Source: Lama glama
Lineage: Eukaryota
Direction: 5' to 3'
NCBI GenBank assembly: GCA_028534125.1
Contig: CM052817.1
Coordinates: forward strand, 94,738,001 to 94,802,000
Length of the DNA stretch: 64,000 nucleotides
Shown here piece after piece: positions 27,904 to 39,758 of the stretch. The notes below the pieces were generated by a model that worked only from the letters and a program-made list of their open reading frames with translations, searched no databases and was not told the origin of the DNA. The position numbers and the translations under genes were made by a program. The number at the start of each line of letters is the position of its first letter. Position 1 is the first letter of the stretch.

Positions 27904-28721
27904 AACCAATTCCACAATATCTAAATACTAATATTGACTCTCCAAAGAAGTCAGCAGTCACAGAGACAGGTGAAAGGATATACACTTCAGTTTAAGTCGA
28001 AAAATGATGCATTTTTACTGTGGGCCAGGTGATGGGAACACAGATGGCAGCCGTGAGGCCAGCCCACATTAGCCCCAAACCAAAGTTTGAAGTAGCTCAG
28101 TGGTCCCGCTTTGTGCTCATCGCTTTGCAGAGTATATTTTTGAAGTACCTCCTTAATTCAAAAGCAAGATCTTTGTCAAATAAAGATATCAATAGTATCT
28201 TCTCCAAGACTGAGGGCCAGATTTTCTCCCACAGAATCCTCACAGGACTTTTTCATACTACAAGATTAAACATATTCAGCCAATACATGGGTTTCAGCCA
28301 AGGTGGAATAAAAAGAAGACTCTATTAAATAATAATATCAAATGAGTCACTTATAACATAATAGCATAATCATCCACCAGACAATGATACTTGTAGGGAA
28401 CAACCATCTGCAGGGAAAAGAAAAAAGTAGAAAAAGAAAATCTAAAGGTCATCTCATTTCAACTAAAAAGCTGAATTGTAAAAATTATGGTTGGCAAAGC
28501 GATATCTCTTCAATCAAAATAAAACATAAAATGATCCTTACTAGGCCAACAGCAGCTGTCCAATCATAACAAACAAAATTCCTCAGTTGATGTCTTTTTC
28601 TGGACCCGTGTTTTCTTCACCTTTTATTTTTCCCTCCAAAAATTAAATGGAAAGGCCCACGGATGGGGTGAAGAAAGAAAGACATTTGGGGCTGGTTCTA
28701 ATGTGTGTGTTGGATTATCTG
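27664..28721 (+). repeat. Dispersed direct repeat of about 85 bp (27664-27748 and 28637-28721)
   Basis: 40-bp exact core ggtgaagaaagaaagacatttggggctggttctaatgtgt at 27694-27733 and 28667-28706, with similar flanks. Confidence 0.95.
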
Positions 28722-30721
28722 CAATACACAGATAAAACTGGGTGTAAGCCTTAAAATAGAGCAGAGTGTCAATTTCAAAATAAATAATGATAATGGTATT
28801 TTCAAGATCAGCTCTTTATTCATGTTCTGTGCCAAAGCATTTAAATACCCTGTGCTACTCATAACATAATGTGGGTGGTAAAAGAAAAAAGCTATCCCTA
28901 CTTCAACATGTTATTCCTAAAGAGTCTATTCATGTCAGTGCTGCAAAGATACAACTAATTTATATAACCCCAGTATCCTAACGCTGAAACACAAAGCACA
29001 CAAAGCAAAACAGTCCCTTATTTTGAAAAGAGAAAAATGAACATAAACTCTCTGCTTTATGCAACTGCCCAAAGCGATTTTAGATAAATAATAAAATAAT
29101 TTTAATTAACAGACCATTCTAGTAAACCATTTTTATCAGACATTTAATTTTTTTTAAGTTCAAACTTTGAGCCCACACATACTTTTCCCCTCTGGGACTT
29201 CACAACTGCTGTGCAAGCAGTTTTGTAAAATTTGACATGCCCTGGGCTTGGCATGGTTTAATTCAGTCTAGAAGATGATCTTTACCATCATAGTTAAACG
29301 ACTGGTTTTAAATACCTTTTTTAGGTCCCATAGCTCACCTATGTGGCTGTACTCTGTTTGAGGGATACTTTTTAATTTAAAATTAACTTTTGGGCCGTTT
29401 AAATCTAGTTAGTTAAAAACATCAGCAACTTTTTATCCAATCTCGTTAATAGACAAGTTTTTTATATTTCCCTTGAAGAACTCTAAATAATAATGAATCA
29501 AATTACTTGTTTTTAATAATTCTTTTCTAACTGAAAAAGAAATAAGAAAACTCTATGTTAAAAAAAATAAAAACTTTCCAAAACAACCCAAATCTTATTC
29601 TTCAGACAAATAGTACATTCAAAAGTTGAGTCAGGGACATTTTTCCAGTCAAGTTATATTTTAATTGCATCTATAAGTAATAAGAAATGACTCTAATCTT
29701 GTTTTACAACTGGATTACATTTTTAACGTTAGAGTTCCCTTAAAATTCTGAGAATACTGATTAAATACTGAGACTCATCAATAATTTCTGAAATATTCCT
29801 TAATTTAAAAATGTAAAGTTTTACCCAGAAAACAGGTAATCTTTCTTATTTTAGTTATGAAAGATGCCTTGTGAATTTAAGAAGCAGGGGTGCACGTGTA
29901 TGTATGTATGTGGCTGTGTGCGTCTGTGTGTGTGTGTGTCTACTTGACAGAGAGGGACAGACAACGCCCATGAGTGTCCAAAACATATATTTAAATATCA
30001 CCAATTACAGAGGCATTCCCTACACTTAACATTCATGGATAACCTTTATGCACATACTCAGGTGGGGTGGGCAGAGTATTTATGGAATACAGGGCAGGAC
30101 TGCTGGGAATCACTTCCGCCTGTGACAGGGTGGAACTGCTCCTTGAGTGAACCGTATCCAAGGGAAATAAGATAGGGACTCCATGTGACACAGCATCATC
30201 AAGAGGTCAGGACTGTAATTTCCCTAAGTCTCCAACCCATGGCATATGGGGAAGAGAAAGATGGTTTCAGCTCTACAGCTACTACCTTGAGTAAAGAGAC
30301 TTCCCTGTAAATGTTTATTTTATTTTGAAATCGATCCTTCTTTCTCATTTCTGAAAAGGCGTGTTTTGCCACTGACACCAACTCAAGCCAGAAACACTTA
30401 AGTAACGCAGTATATATGACAGAGAAGCTGGTGTTAATAAAAGTGTGTGTGTGTGTTGGGGGGGGGATTCAGTTGCCACCTGTCCTGATAATTAAAATAG
30501 AAAGAATGAGCAAGCTTCTACTGGAAGCTCCAAGCAGTAGGATGGTTTTACTTTCATGTATCCCACCCATCAACCTGGTATGTGTGTGGAAGGGAGGGGG
30601 CGGTAGAGGGGATGAGAGGGGGTGCACACACTGAGATCTGGCTGGCTAAAGAATGCTAAGTGCTCCATGTTCATGAAATACGGGAAGAAGAAAACCCTAC
30701 AGACCAAGAGTTGGACAAAGA

Positions 30722-30912
30722 AGGCAGCATGGTATAGTGGAAAGGGCAGGTATACTCAGGTGTGACTTTCACCGCCTGATAGCTCTGTAGACATAAGCAA
30801 GTCAGTCTGTTGCACTGAGCGAGATTTCCTCTTCCTTACTATAGAGACCACGATACCCACCTCGTGGGGTCTTCGTAGGGATGGTGGCACTTGGTAGGTA
30901 CTTGATTAATGT
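30722..30912 (+). mobile_element. MIR
   Basis: ggcagcatggtatagtggaaagggcagg...atagctctgtagac...gcaagtca...acccacctcgtggggt. Confidence 0.75.
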
Positions 30913-31231
30913 CTGCCTCCCCCTCCACTTACTAGACAGAGCCCCTTAAGAAATCTAAACATAATCACCTTCTAGCATACGACCACTTTGCCCAGGAATC
31001 TTCCCAGGTACCTCCCATTGTACCTTCATCACTTCCATGAATGAATGTTCTAATTCCATAAAAATTTAGTTTCTCTGTTTGAAATTTAGTGGGTCCACAT
31101 GGGTATCTTTAGTTGTCCCCAAATTTGTCCCATGACGGCAGGAACTAGGTCCCTCCTATACAAACTTGCGTCCCAGCTCCCAGCTTCCAGCTTGGCACAG
31201 AACAGGCTCTTAAGAAATATTAGAATAAATA

Positions 31232-31350
31232 GGAAGAGGGTATAGCTCAAGTGGTAGAATGCATGCTTAACATGCATAAGGTCCGGGTTCAATCCCCAGT
31301 ACTTCCTCTAAGAATAAATAAATAAATAAACCTAATTATCTCCCCTCACC
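31232..31350 (+). mobile_element. tRNA-derived SINE (camelid vic-1-like)
   Basis: gagggtatagctcaagtggtaga (A box), gggttcaatccccagtac (B box), (aaat)n, cctaatta tail. Confidence 0.9.
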
Positions 31351-31370
31351 AAAAAGAAAGAAAGAAAGAA

Positions 31371-31441
<71 letters not shown>

Positions 31442-31577
31442 GAAGAAAGAATGAAAGAAAGGAAGGAAGGAAGGAAGGAAGGAAGGGAGAAAGAGAGAGG
31501 GAGAAAGAGAGAAAGAAAGGAAGAAAGGGAGGGAGGGAGGAAGAAAGAGAGGAAGGAAGGAAGGAAGAAAGAGAAAA
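31351..31577. repeat. Compound (GAAA)n/(GGAA)n purine microsatellite
   Basis: About 225 bp of almost pure purine directly after the SINE tail. Confidence 0.97.
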
Positions 31578-31826
31578 CACACAAAATCCTTCCAACTTGG
31601 TTGAGGATTCTTGATGTTACTTTAAAAACACTGTTCTTATACATATATTTTATATATTTGCCTCCAACAATCTGCTTTAAGTTGTTGTATACTTTCTATG
31701 AAGAAAAAATATGCTAAGGGAAATTTTAAACTTATCACCTGTCTCAATCTCAAGACATACATTCTTAACCAGCAGCATGAAATTAGCTATCTTGTTCTAT
31801 TGACTTCAGTCTTCAACAGCATGATT

Positions 31827-32031
31827 CAGCGCTGTGCTTGACCCAGCTAGCCCTGACTCACAAGGGGCAATTTTGTGTATAACTTCTCCAGTCCATCTTC
31901 ATCAACATTGGTCATTTGAGATCAGCCTTGGTGGGCGTATTTACACCATAGAAATGGGCAAGGTAACAAATCAGGGCTTTTTAAAAAGTCCCCTGAGTGC
32001 CAATTGTTAAACATTTATCAACACAGCACTG
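31827..32031 (+). mobile_element. Non-autonomous hAT DNA transposon (MER63-like)
   Basis: TIRs cagcgctgtg and cacagcactg; internal ggtgggcgtatttacaccatagaaatgggcaa...caaatcagggctt...ttgttaaacattta. Confidence 0.8.
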
Positions 32032-32729
32032 TTTTATGACTCTCTTCATATCTAGTTGTTTCATTCTGTTATGTCCACAGTTCCATCTTCCACAGCCGTT
32101 TCCAAGTCTTTTTTCTTCACCAAAATAGCTTAAAGATTTCTATATCATAAATTGAGTTCAAAAAGTTGGTCTAGAAACAAATGGACTCATTTTTGCTTTC
32201 CATAAAGCTTCCATTATTTCTTCTCACTTCTCTTTTATTTATTTATGTATTTATTTGTTTGTTTGTTATTTATTTATTCATTCTCAACTGTCACAATTAT
32301 CTCCTTTCCCCATTCTAAACATTATTATTCATGTGGGCTCCCCAACTCCCTGAGCCTTTCCCCTAAAAATACTGCAGCAAAAATATCTAAACACCCCAAT
32401 AGAAACATTATTTCAAGTCCTTTTGGTTTTCATGCACATAGTCAGTACCTATAAAGTATTTGGAGAATTACTAGTGAATGAAAGGATGTACTTCCATTTG
32501 CTTTATATTTTATAATGCATTCACATTTTGTCGTCTTTCTCATGTAGTTGGAATTCTTGCAGAGAAGAGACAGTAATACAAATAATACAATGGATTTGGC
32601 TCTGATACAACAACAAACCATTCACATCCAATCCCTCCTTACTAGTAAGGATAAACCTATTTGGGAAACGGATGCCATTGTGATATCTTCACCCTAAGTA
32701 TGATCAGGCATTTTCACCAACTCACAAAT

Positions 32730-32910
32730 TAGATTCAGCTTCGCAACTTTTTAGCTATAAGTTGGACAAGTTACACAGAGTCTGTGAGCCTTGGTTTTCT
32801 GTAAAAAGGGCAGGGAGGAATAATAAAAGTAATATCTGTCTTGCTGAACTGTTGTGATGACTAGTGGTCATATTAACTGAGCACCTAGTACAGTACAGTG
32901 CTTTCTATTA
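32730..32910 (+). mobile_element. MIR fragment
   Basis: tagctataagttggacaagttac...tctgtgagccttggttttctgtaaaa...aataataa. Confidence 0.6.
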
Positions 32911-35409
32911 TTATTTTCATTTAGCTGAAAAATGTTGACACATTGGTACTACATTTTTTTCTAGGCTATAAAACAACATATATCCTTTCTTGATAAATGT
33001 CTTTCTTTGTCTATTACTACAACATACTTTGAAAAAATTTAAACATTTATTTGATTTTATTACACTATTATATATGTCTATTGAAAGACATTTTAAAAAT
33101 AGTGATAAGAGAACAGGGAAGACAAAACTGATTCCTCAAAGATATTCTACTGAACGGTGTTACGTATGCTTTTAGGCTTTTAAAAATGCATATATAGTTA
33201 TACAATGAAATCAAACTATAGAGAGTGTACACTGTTTTGTAATCTACCTTTTTCACTTAACATATCATGAAGCTCTGTTACGTAATAGATATAATTACAC
33301 AGCAAATTTTAAACATCTACAATTCATTCTGATACAAGGCTGTCACATCCTCCATCAGAGAGAAAGCCCAAACATGGCTATGACAACCTACTGCAGCGTT
33401 TAGGCAAATGTCAGGGGTCCGTTTCTCCTGTGCCTGATGGAGGAAGGCCAGACAGCGTGACCACTTCAGAAGTCAAGTGGAAAGTGATGAGTATCGGATA
33501 CTTGATCTTTAAAAGGCAAAGAAGAAGAAAGTGAGATGAACCAGTAGGCTATAGCTAGCTGAGTCCACAGGATAGAACCTTCCCAAAAGATTCCTGGAGA
33601 AGCAGACCCAATGAGCTTAGTTTCAGCACTTTTCCCAGCCCCTCCATCCCACTTCCCTCATGCTCCCCTTTCCCCAACCCCAATCCTGGGGAAGAAAGTG
33701 TTTAATAGCTCTGCCCTAAGACTAAGAGCACTGGTCAGCTTGAACAGACTAACAGCATAAAGGCTATTTGACCTTTCATCTCCTCTTTTTTTCCCCCTGG
33801 GTTTCTGAAAGAAATGAGGAAACCTGCAGGTGATTAGACATTTAGGGTAAACCTCTGGGCTGGTGTTAGTTTCAGGGCAGGGACTAAATAGCATAAGATA
33901 GCAAGAAATAAAGTTTAACCCTATCTACTCAGTTCTCTAAACCATATTTCCTCATAGATTATTTCAAGATCTAAGAGAAGCCATTTGAGTGTTGAATGTG
34001 GTTGAGAAGTAGGTAAAATTCCCCATAATTTGAAAAATGAACATTAGAATGACCAAATGTTTCAACACTGCTGTATTTGAGCCTGTGGGTGTATGTTTGA
34101 ATGGATTGGGTCTTTCAAGCAATCAATTGCTGCTAGCAGCAAAATGTTCTAAAAATGGATTTTAAAAAAAAATCAGCACATCAAAAGATAGACAGTTACT
34201 ATTATTCAGGAAAGGAAAGGGGACAGCTGGCTTATTTTGTAGGTACTTTTCACATTCTTTTGGATGCAAGCACAAAACTGCCAGTGATGCCTCTTAGCAA
34301 AATGGATTTGAGGCAGTTAGTCAGGAAAACCAGCCATAATATTCCCCTTTCTTAAATTCCCCCAAGTCCCCACTGGCACCATCTTGGACAATTGCCCTGA
34401 CTCCCACCCTGTTCTCTTTGCTCACTCACTCTCCTCTGCTATTTGGATCAAGAGCACCCACTCATCTAATAATTCAGAAAAAAATACTTGTTACTCTAAG
34501 CATGATTCACTTCTGCAGAGAGCCCCCGCTGGGAGCTGCTGGTCCTCCTCCTGTGTGGCCATCCCTCCTGGTGTAAGATCTACAGCAGAAGAACCGCGTT
34601 AGGCCCAAAGGGTTTCTATTCTTTCTTAAGAGTTACCATTTCCTCCCATCAAGTGTGGTTAATGAGAAACCCTCTGATGGGTTGTATTTGTTGTGCTTCA
34701 GTGTCATTCAGTTGCCATTTAAAGGGTTTAAAATTAGGTCGGTTTCTGTTGCTGCCTTTCCTGTAGCTGGCTAATCACAGGATTCATTGCCACACCGAGG
34801 CCAGACCGGGCATGGCACATGCAACAAGTCAGGAAACCACTGATTATAGGCCAAGAACCTAATGTGCTTACACAACATGAATTGTTAAAAATACTTTGAA
34901 CATTATTTTATTTGTGCTAAACTGTCCTTTACTCAAGAATTGTTTCTCTAGGACCCAGGGCTGGACCTGGCACATTTATTAATGAGAGAATGGGTTTCTG
35001 ACTTTTCCCCTGAAAGACTGACCAAAGCAATGTTATTTTGCTTTTGCTTGGGTAAAAAACCTAGAGCTGGAGTTGGAGAAACTCTACACTCATCACTGAA
35101 CTTGACGTTCTGAGGGCCCTCTTCTTCCTGGCTGGGCTACTGTGACCTATTGATGATAACATGGAAACTCAGAAGAAGCTCAGTGCACGTTTGAAAAATC
35201 AGTGAAATCTCTCTAAATCATATTTTAATGCAACATTTGCAAGTTGCATTTGCCGTAAAGTGCAGGCAGATTTAAAATCCAAGTACAAATATAACACCAC
35301 CACCCCCTCAACTTTCCAGCATTGCTCTGACATGGCATTAGTCAGAAATTCCTTCTGTTTCAAAATCTTGAAGTGTACGTAACATATTTAGTGTCATGCA
35401 GGGACTGAG

Positions 35410-35610
35410 CGTCAAGAACTCATGGGTTTTGACTTGCTTCTCTGTTCTGGCTTGCTGTATGCCCTTAGGCATGTCTCTCAATCTCTTAGTGTCTCTGTTG
35501 GTACATTTGTAAGGTGGAGATAATTCAACTGACCTAGTTCATAGGGCTGTTGTGTTGAATAGCTGATTAGTGATTATAAAGGACATTGAAGGTACAGTGT
35601 GCTAGACAAA
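35410..35610 (+). mobile_element. MIR fragment
   Basis: gctgtatgcccttaggcatgtc...catttgtaaggtggagataat...ctacc-like...catagggctgttgtg. Confidence 0.6.
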
Positions 35611-37181
35611 TGATCATAAATACAATGACATGTTATAGAGTAGTAAGGCCAATTAAGTCGCTTGCGTGTAGAAAGAAATTAAAGGGCAGCGAGATTTTCA
35701 CGTCACATCCAATGTTCAAGATGATCGAAAGCAAACCCTAGCTTACTTTCTTAATGTGGTCATTGCTCTACCTTATTGACAACCAGAAGGGTAAGAATCC
35801 TAACACAACACTCTAAACGGCTTGAAAGAATTATCCTAGATAGTTAATTCCTGTCTAAAGCTGTTTGCAACTTCTGTATGCTACTGAACACTGCTTGAAA
35901 ATGTAGCAACTAGGCCAACTGAGAGTGGGAACGACATAGTCATTTATCTCCTGGTTTTTTTGTTTGTGCTTTTTTAAAAAATGGTTGGAAGGGGAAAGAG
36001 TCATCAATGACACCAAGCCAATTAGAACGCTCTCTGACTACGGCAAATGAATCACAGAACCAAAAGATAATTAGTATCAATAGGACACCAAGAATATTTT
36101 AATGCTGTCTGAATACCGACATTGGCTTCTGTTCCCTTGAATTCTAGGTTTCACTGTGTCTTGTTAAGTCAAGAACCTGACCCCACTTCTGTTCTCCCAA
36201 ACTGCATCAAGTGCTGTAGTGGTTTCAAAGTTTCTAAAGTATGTTTACCCCTGAAAAATGAACAGAGCCACACAACAGAGTCTTTCATTCACCAACTCCG
36301 CTGAAGACTGCCAGGGAGAACACATCACCATGATCACTGTGACATGTGACCCACAATCTCGTGTGGAGACCACATTGTGGCAGATATGATCTTAACTCTA
36401 TGGGCAAGATGAGAAGAGAAAAAGAAAAAAGAAGATTTAAGGAAGCAAGTCGCTTCCAAATTATGAAAAGGTTAACAAGCAAGGGTACAAAATTACTCTG
36501 ATCCACAAAAACATAAGATACAAGCAGAGTTAGATGTTCTTAAAGGCCTAATGAGAAAAATGTGACTGTACTCAAAATGACAACAGACTGAAACTACCAA
36601 CTAATAGAGTGAAAAGTTAAATACTATAAGCCAATTATAGCAATAACTTAAATAAATTTAATATATCAGTCAACATTATTCTGCTACATAATTTACATAT
36701 ATCATAGCATTACATTCTCGCAACATCCTTTTGAGAAACTCGTTTATTTATTCAAATATATTTATTTAGTCTTCTGGTTCCAGGTATGAAATAGTAGGTG
36801 ACAATATTTCCACTATTTCTACCATAATGACTTTAAAAAAAGTTATATTGCAAAAAAAAAAAAACCTTCTTTTAAAAGGACTTGGAAAGTTGAGAAGTCA
36901 GGAGAATTAAACAATCCATAGAAAGGAAAGGTCTTCTGAGATGAGCAGTCTGTCCCTGACAATTTTCTGTGGATGATTTGCCAATTCTAGACATGGGCTG
37001 ATGACTGGGTTTGGCCTGCAGAGGATCTTCACTGGGAGAATGAGAAATCAGCAAAGCTTTTAGGGGTCACGTCGTGTTGGCGGGACAGTTGGAAACTTCA
37101 GACATCTTAACACATGGTTAGTTTTTCCCATAGTGTATTTGCTGAATTCTGGGACTAGGAAGCTTTTAGAAAGCAAACTGA

Positions 37182-37530
37182 GAGGTTGAGCCAAGATGGC
37201 GGAGTAGAAACACTCACAGCTCACCTTCTCCCCCAAGTACACCAAGAATTGCATCTACAAACCCACTGAATCACACAGAACACCTACTGAACTCTGGCAG
37301 AGTGTCTCTCATTTCAAAATACAGGAGGATTCTCACAAAATCCGATAAACAACAATTTTATACTATGTAGCACAGGGAACTATATTCAATATCTTGCAGT
37401 AACTTATGGTTAAAAAGAATGCAAAAATGAATATATGTATGTTCATGTATGACTGAAGCATTGTGCTGTACACCAGAAATTAACACAACATTGTAAACTG
37501 ACTATACTTCAACAAAATATATTTAAAAAA
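37182..37530 (+). mobile_element. Mini-L1: L1 5'UTR start fused to L1 3' terminus
   Basis: 5' gagccaagatggcggagtag (YY1 motif typical of the L1 start); 3' agcacagggaactatattcaatatct...gactatacttcaa plus A tail; perfect TSD aaagcaaactga at 37170-37181 and 37531-37542. Confidence 0.88.
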
Positions 37531-37919
37531 AAAGCAAACTGAAATCTCCTGTAGTACCAAGGTGTTTAAGAGACAAAGTCCCACTTGAGGATCTGCCTCA
37601 AACACAGATTCCTGTGTTGGATTCCTCCTCAATACATTTGTCCAAGTTGAAAGCAGTGGGAAGCAGGAGGCAAAGGACCAAAATCTCAAACCTCTGAAGG
37701 GCAGACAAGATGAAGATGATAGAGACCTGTGAGGAGTTCAATAAAAAGACTTGCAAGAATATGCCTGAGAAATGGAGGTGAACTGATTCAAATCGAATCA
37801 TACTGATCTGCAACACGGGCCCAACTCAGAGTAATGAAGGTTGGAATGAGATGATCAGTCCCTAACGTGGAGATCCCATTGGTAGGAGGTATCATCTGAA
37901 GCTTCTAAAGATCAGTACA

Positions 37920-38742
37920 CACAATGTCTGTCATAAATCTAAAAATTACTAGATTTGTGGAGAGCCTGGTAATGAGACTAATAATCAAGGAAATAAAACA
38001 TACTGGTTGGAGATCTTTAAATGATTCAGATATTGGAGTTAGCACACAAGGGCTTTGAAATAACCAGTTCTAATATATCAAATAACTAAAAGGGAAGAAG
38101 GACAACATTGATGAAAAGATGTAGAAGTTCAACAGAAAATGGGACTTATTACAAAGAATCAGATTGATACCCTAGAACTATAAAATATAATATCAGAAAA
38201 TAAGTCCTTGAATAGCAGCAAATTGAGTTACAGAAAATAGCATAATTACATTAAAAGATAGATCAAAAGAAAGTATCCAAAGTGAAACACAGAAAGGAAA
38301 AAGATTGGATAAAATAAAGCTGAGCATAAAAATAAATGTGGTATTAGTAAAAATGTTGAATTTACATGGAATTGGAATCCCAGAAAGAGACAAAAATAGA
38401 GAAGGAAAAAACGGAGCAGGAGCAATTTTTGAAAAGATAATATCCAAGAATTTTTCAGAGTTGGTGAAAACATCAACTCACAGATTCAAGAGTTTTATCA
38501 AACCCTAAAGACAGGAAATACAATGGAAACTACACCTAGGTATATCATGAAAATTAACAAAAAGGAGAAAATTTTCGAAAAAAGCATACAACCTTTAGAG
38601 GAATGACACTAAGACTGACAGTTGATTTTTCAATGGAAACGAGGAAATGCAGAGGAAAAAGGAATGACACCTTGAAGCTACTGAAAGGAAAAAAATAGCT
38701 ACCAATGTAGAATTCTAGAATTCTATACCCATTAACAGTATC
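37920..38742 (+). mobile_element. Old L1M/HAL1-like ORF1-region fragment
   Basis: A-rich, degenerate ORF1 motifs (IGIPE...IFEKIISKNFSEL in ORF 38305-38508; agactgacagttgatttttca; agaattctataccc). Confidence 0.8.
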
Positions 38743-38760
38743 CTTCAAAAATAAAGGCAG

Positions 38761-38906
38761 GGAGGGGAGGGTATAGCTCAAGTGGCAGAGCGCATGCTTC
38801 GCATGCACGACATCCTGGGTTCAATCCCCAGTACTTCCACTAAAAATAAATAAATAAATAAACCTAATTACCCCCCCCCAAAACCTAAATAAATAAATAA
38901 ATCACT
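38761..38906 (+). mobile_element. tRNA-derived SINE (vic-1-like)
   Basis: ggggagggtatagctcaagtggcagagcgcatgctt...gggttcaatccccagtac; 18-bp TSD cttcaaaaataaaggcag at 38743-38760 and 38907-38924. Confidence 0.95.
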
Positions 38907-38926
38907 CTTCAAAAATAAAGGCAGAA

Positions 38927-39342
38927 ACTCCTGGGCATATAGTCAGAAAAGATGAAAACTCTAATTCAAAAGGACACATGCACCTCAATGTTCATAGCAG
39001 CACTATTTACAATAGCCAAGACATGGAAACAACCTAAATGTCCATCAATAGATGAATGGATAAAGAAGATGTGGTACATACATACAATGGAATATTACTC
39101 AGCTGTTAAAAAAGAATGAAATATTGCCATTTGCAGCAACATGGATTGACCTAGAGTATATCATACTAAGTGAAGTAAGTCAGACAGAGAAAGATGAGTA
39201 TCATATGCTATCACTTATACATGGAATCTAAAAAATGACACAAATGAACTTATTTACATAACAAAGACAGATTCACAGACATAGAAGACAAACCTATGGT
39301 TACCAAAGAGGAAAGGAGGGGAGGGATAAATTAGGAGTTTGA
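38927..39342 (+). mobile_element. L1 3' region fragment, 3'-truncated
   Basis: caatgttcatagcagcactatttacaatagccaagacatggaaacaacctaaatgtccatc...gggataaattaggagtttgag; no terminal tail. Confidence 0.92.
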
Positions 39343-39569
39343 GAAGTACTTTTCAGGTTAATCTCAGCCTGGATTTCCTCATTTCTTCCAGGAAATAAAG
39401 AGCGGTATCATCATTTCCACTACCACAATACTGGGAAAATCAAAGGCATATATGTTAGTAGTCAGAACTGCCATGTACAGTTAGGCATACTGTATACTGA
39501 ACAACTCTTAGGGGAATCATTTCCATCATAATCATATAAACACCATATGAGTAGGCAGTGGTTCACAGG

Positions 39570-39755
39570 TATGCTATTGATTCAAACAGACTATTCTGGA
39601 ATACTAGCCTGCCCTCTACCAGTGTTATAGTCTTGGACAAGCTATTTAACCCCTGTGGACCTCTATTTTATCATCTATCAATAAAAATAATAATAATTTC
39701 CCTCAAAGGCTAGTTATGAATATCAAATGGGATTACGAGTAAGAAGTTCTTAATC
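39570..39755 (+). mobile_element. MIR fragment
   Basis: cttggacaagctatttaacccctgtggacctctattttatcatctat...aataataataa. Confidence 0.65.
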
Positions 39756-39758
39756 TAA

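Noticed and set aside
31232..31305. tRNA-like sequence with A and B boxes (also at 38761 and 61800)
   Set aside because: SINE heads with A-rich tails, two with TSDs; not tRNA genes.
31332..31717. F/L/S-rich and K/E/R-rich ORFs
   Set aside because: Translations of the (GAAA)n microsatellite.
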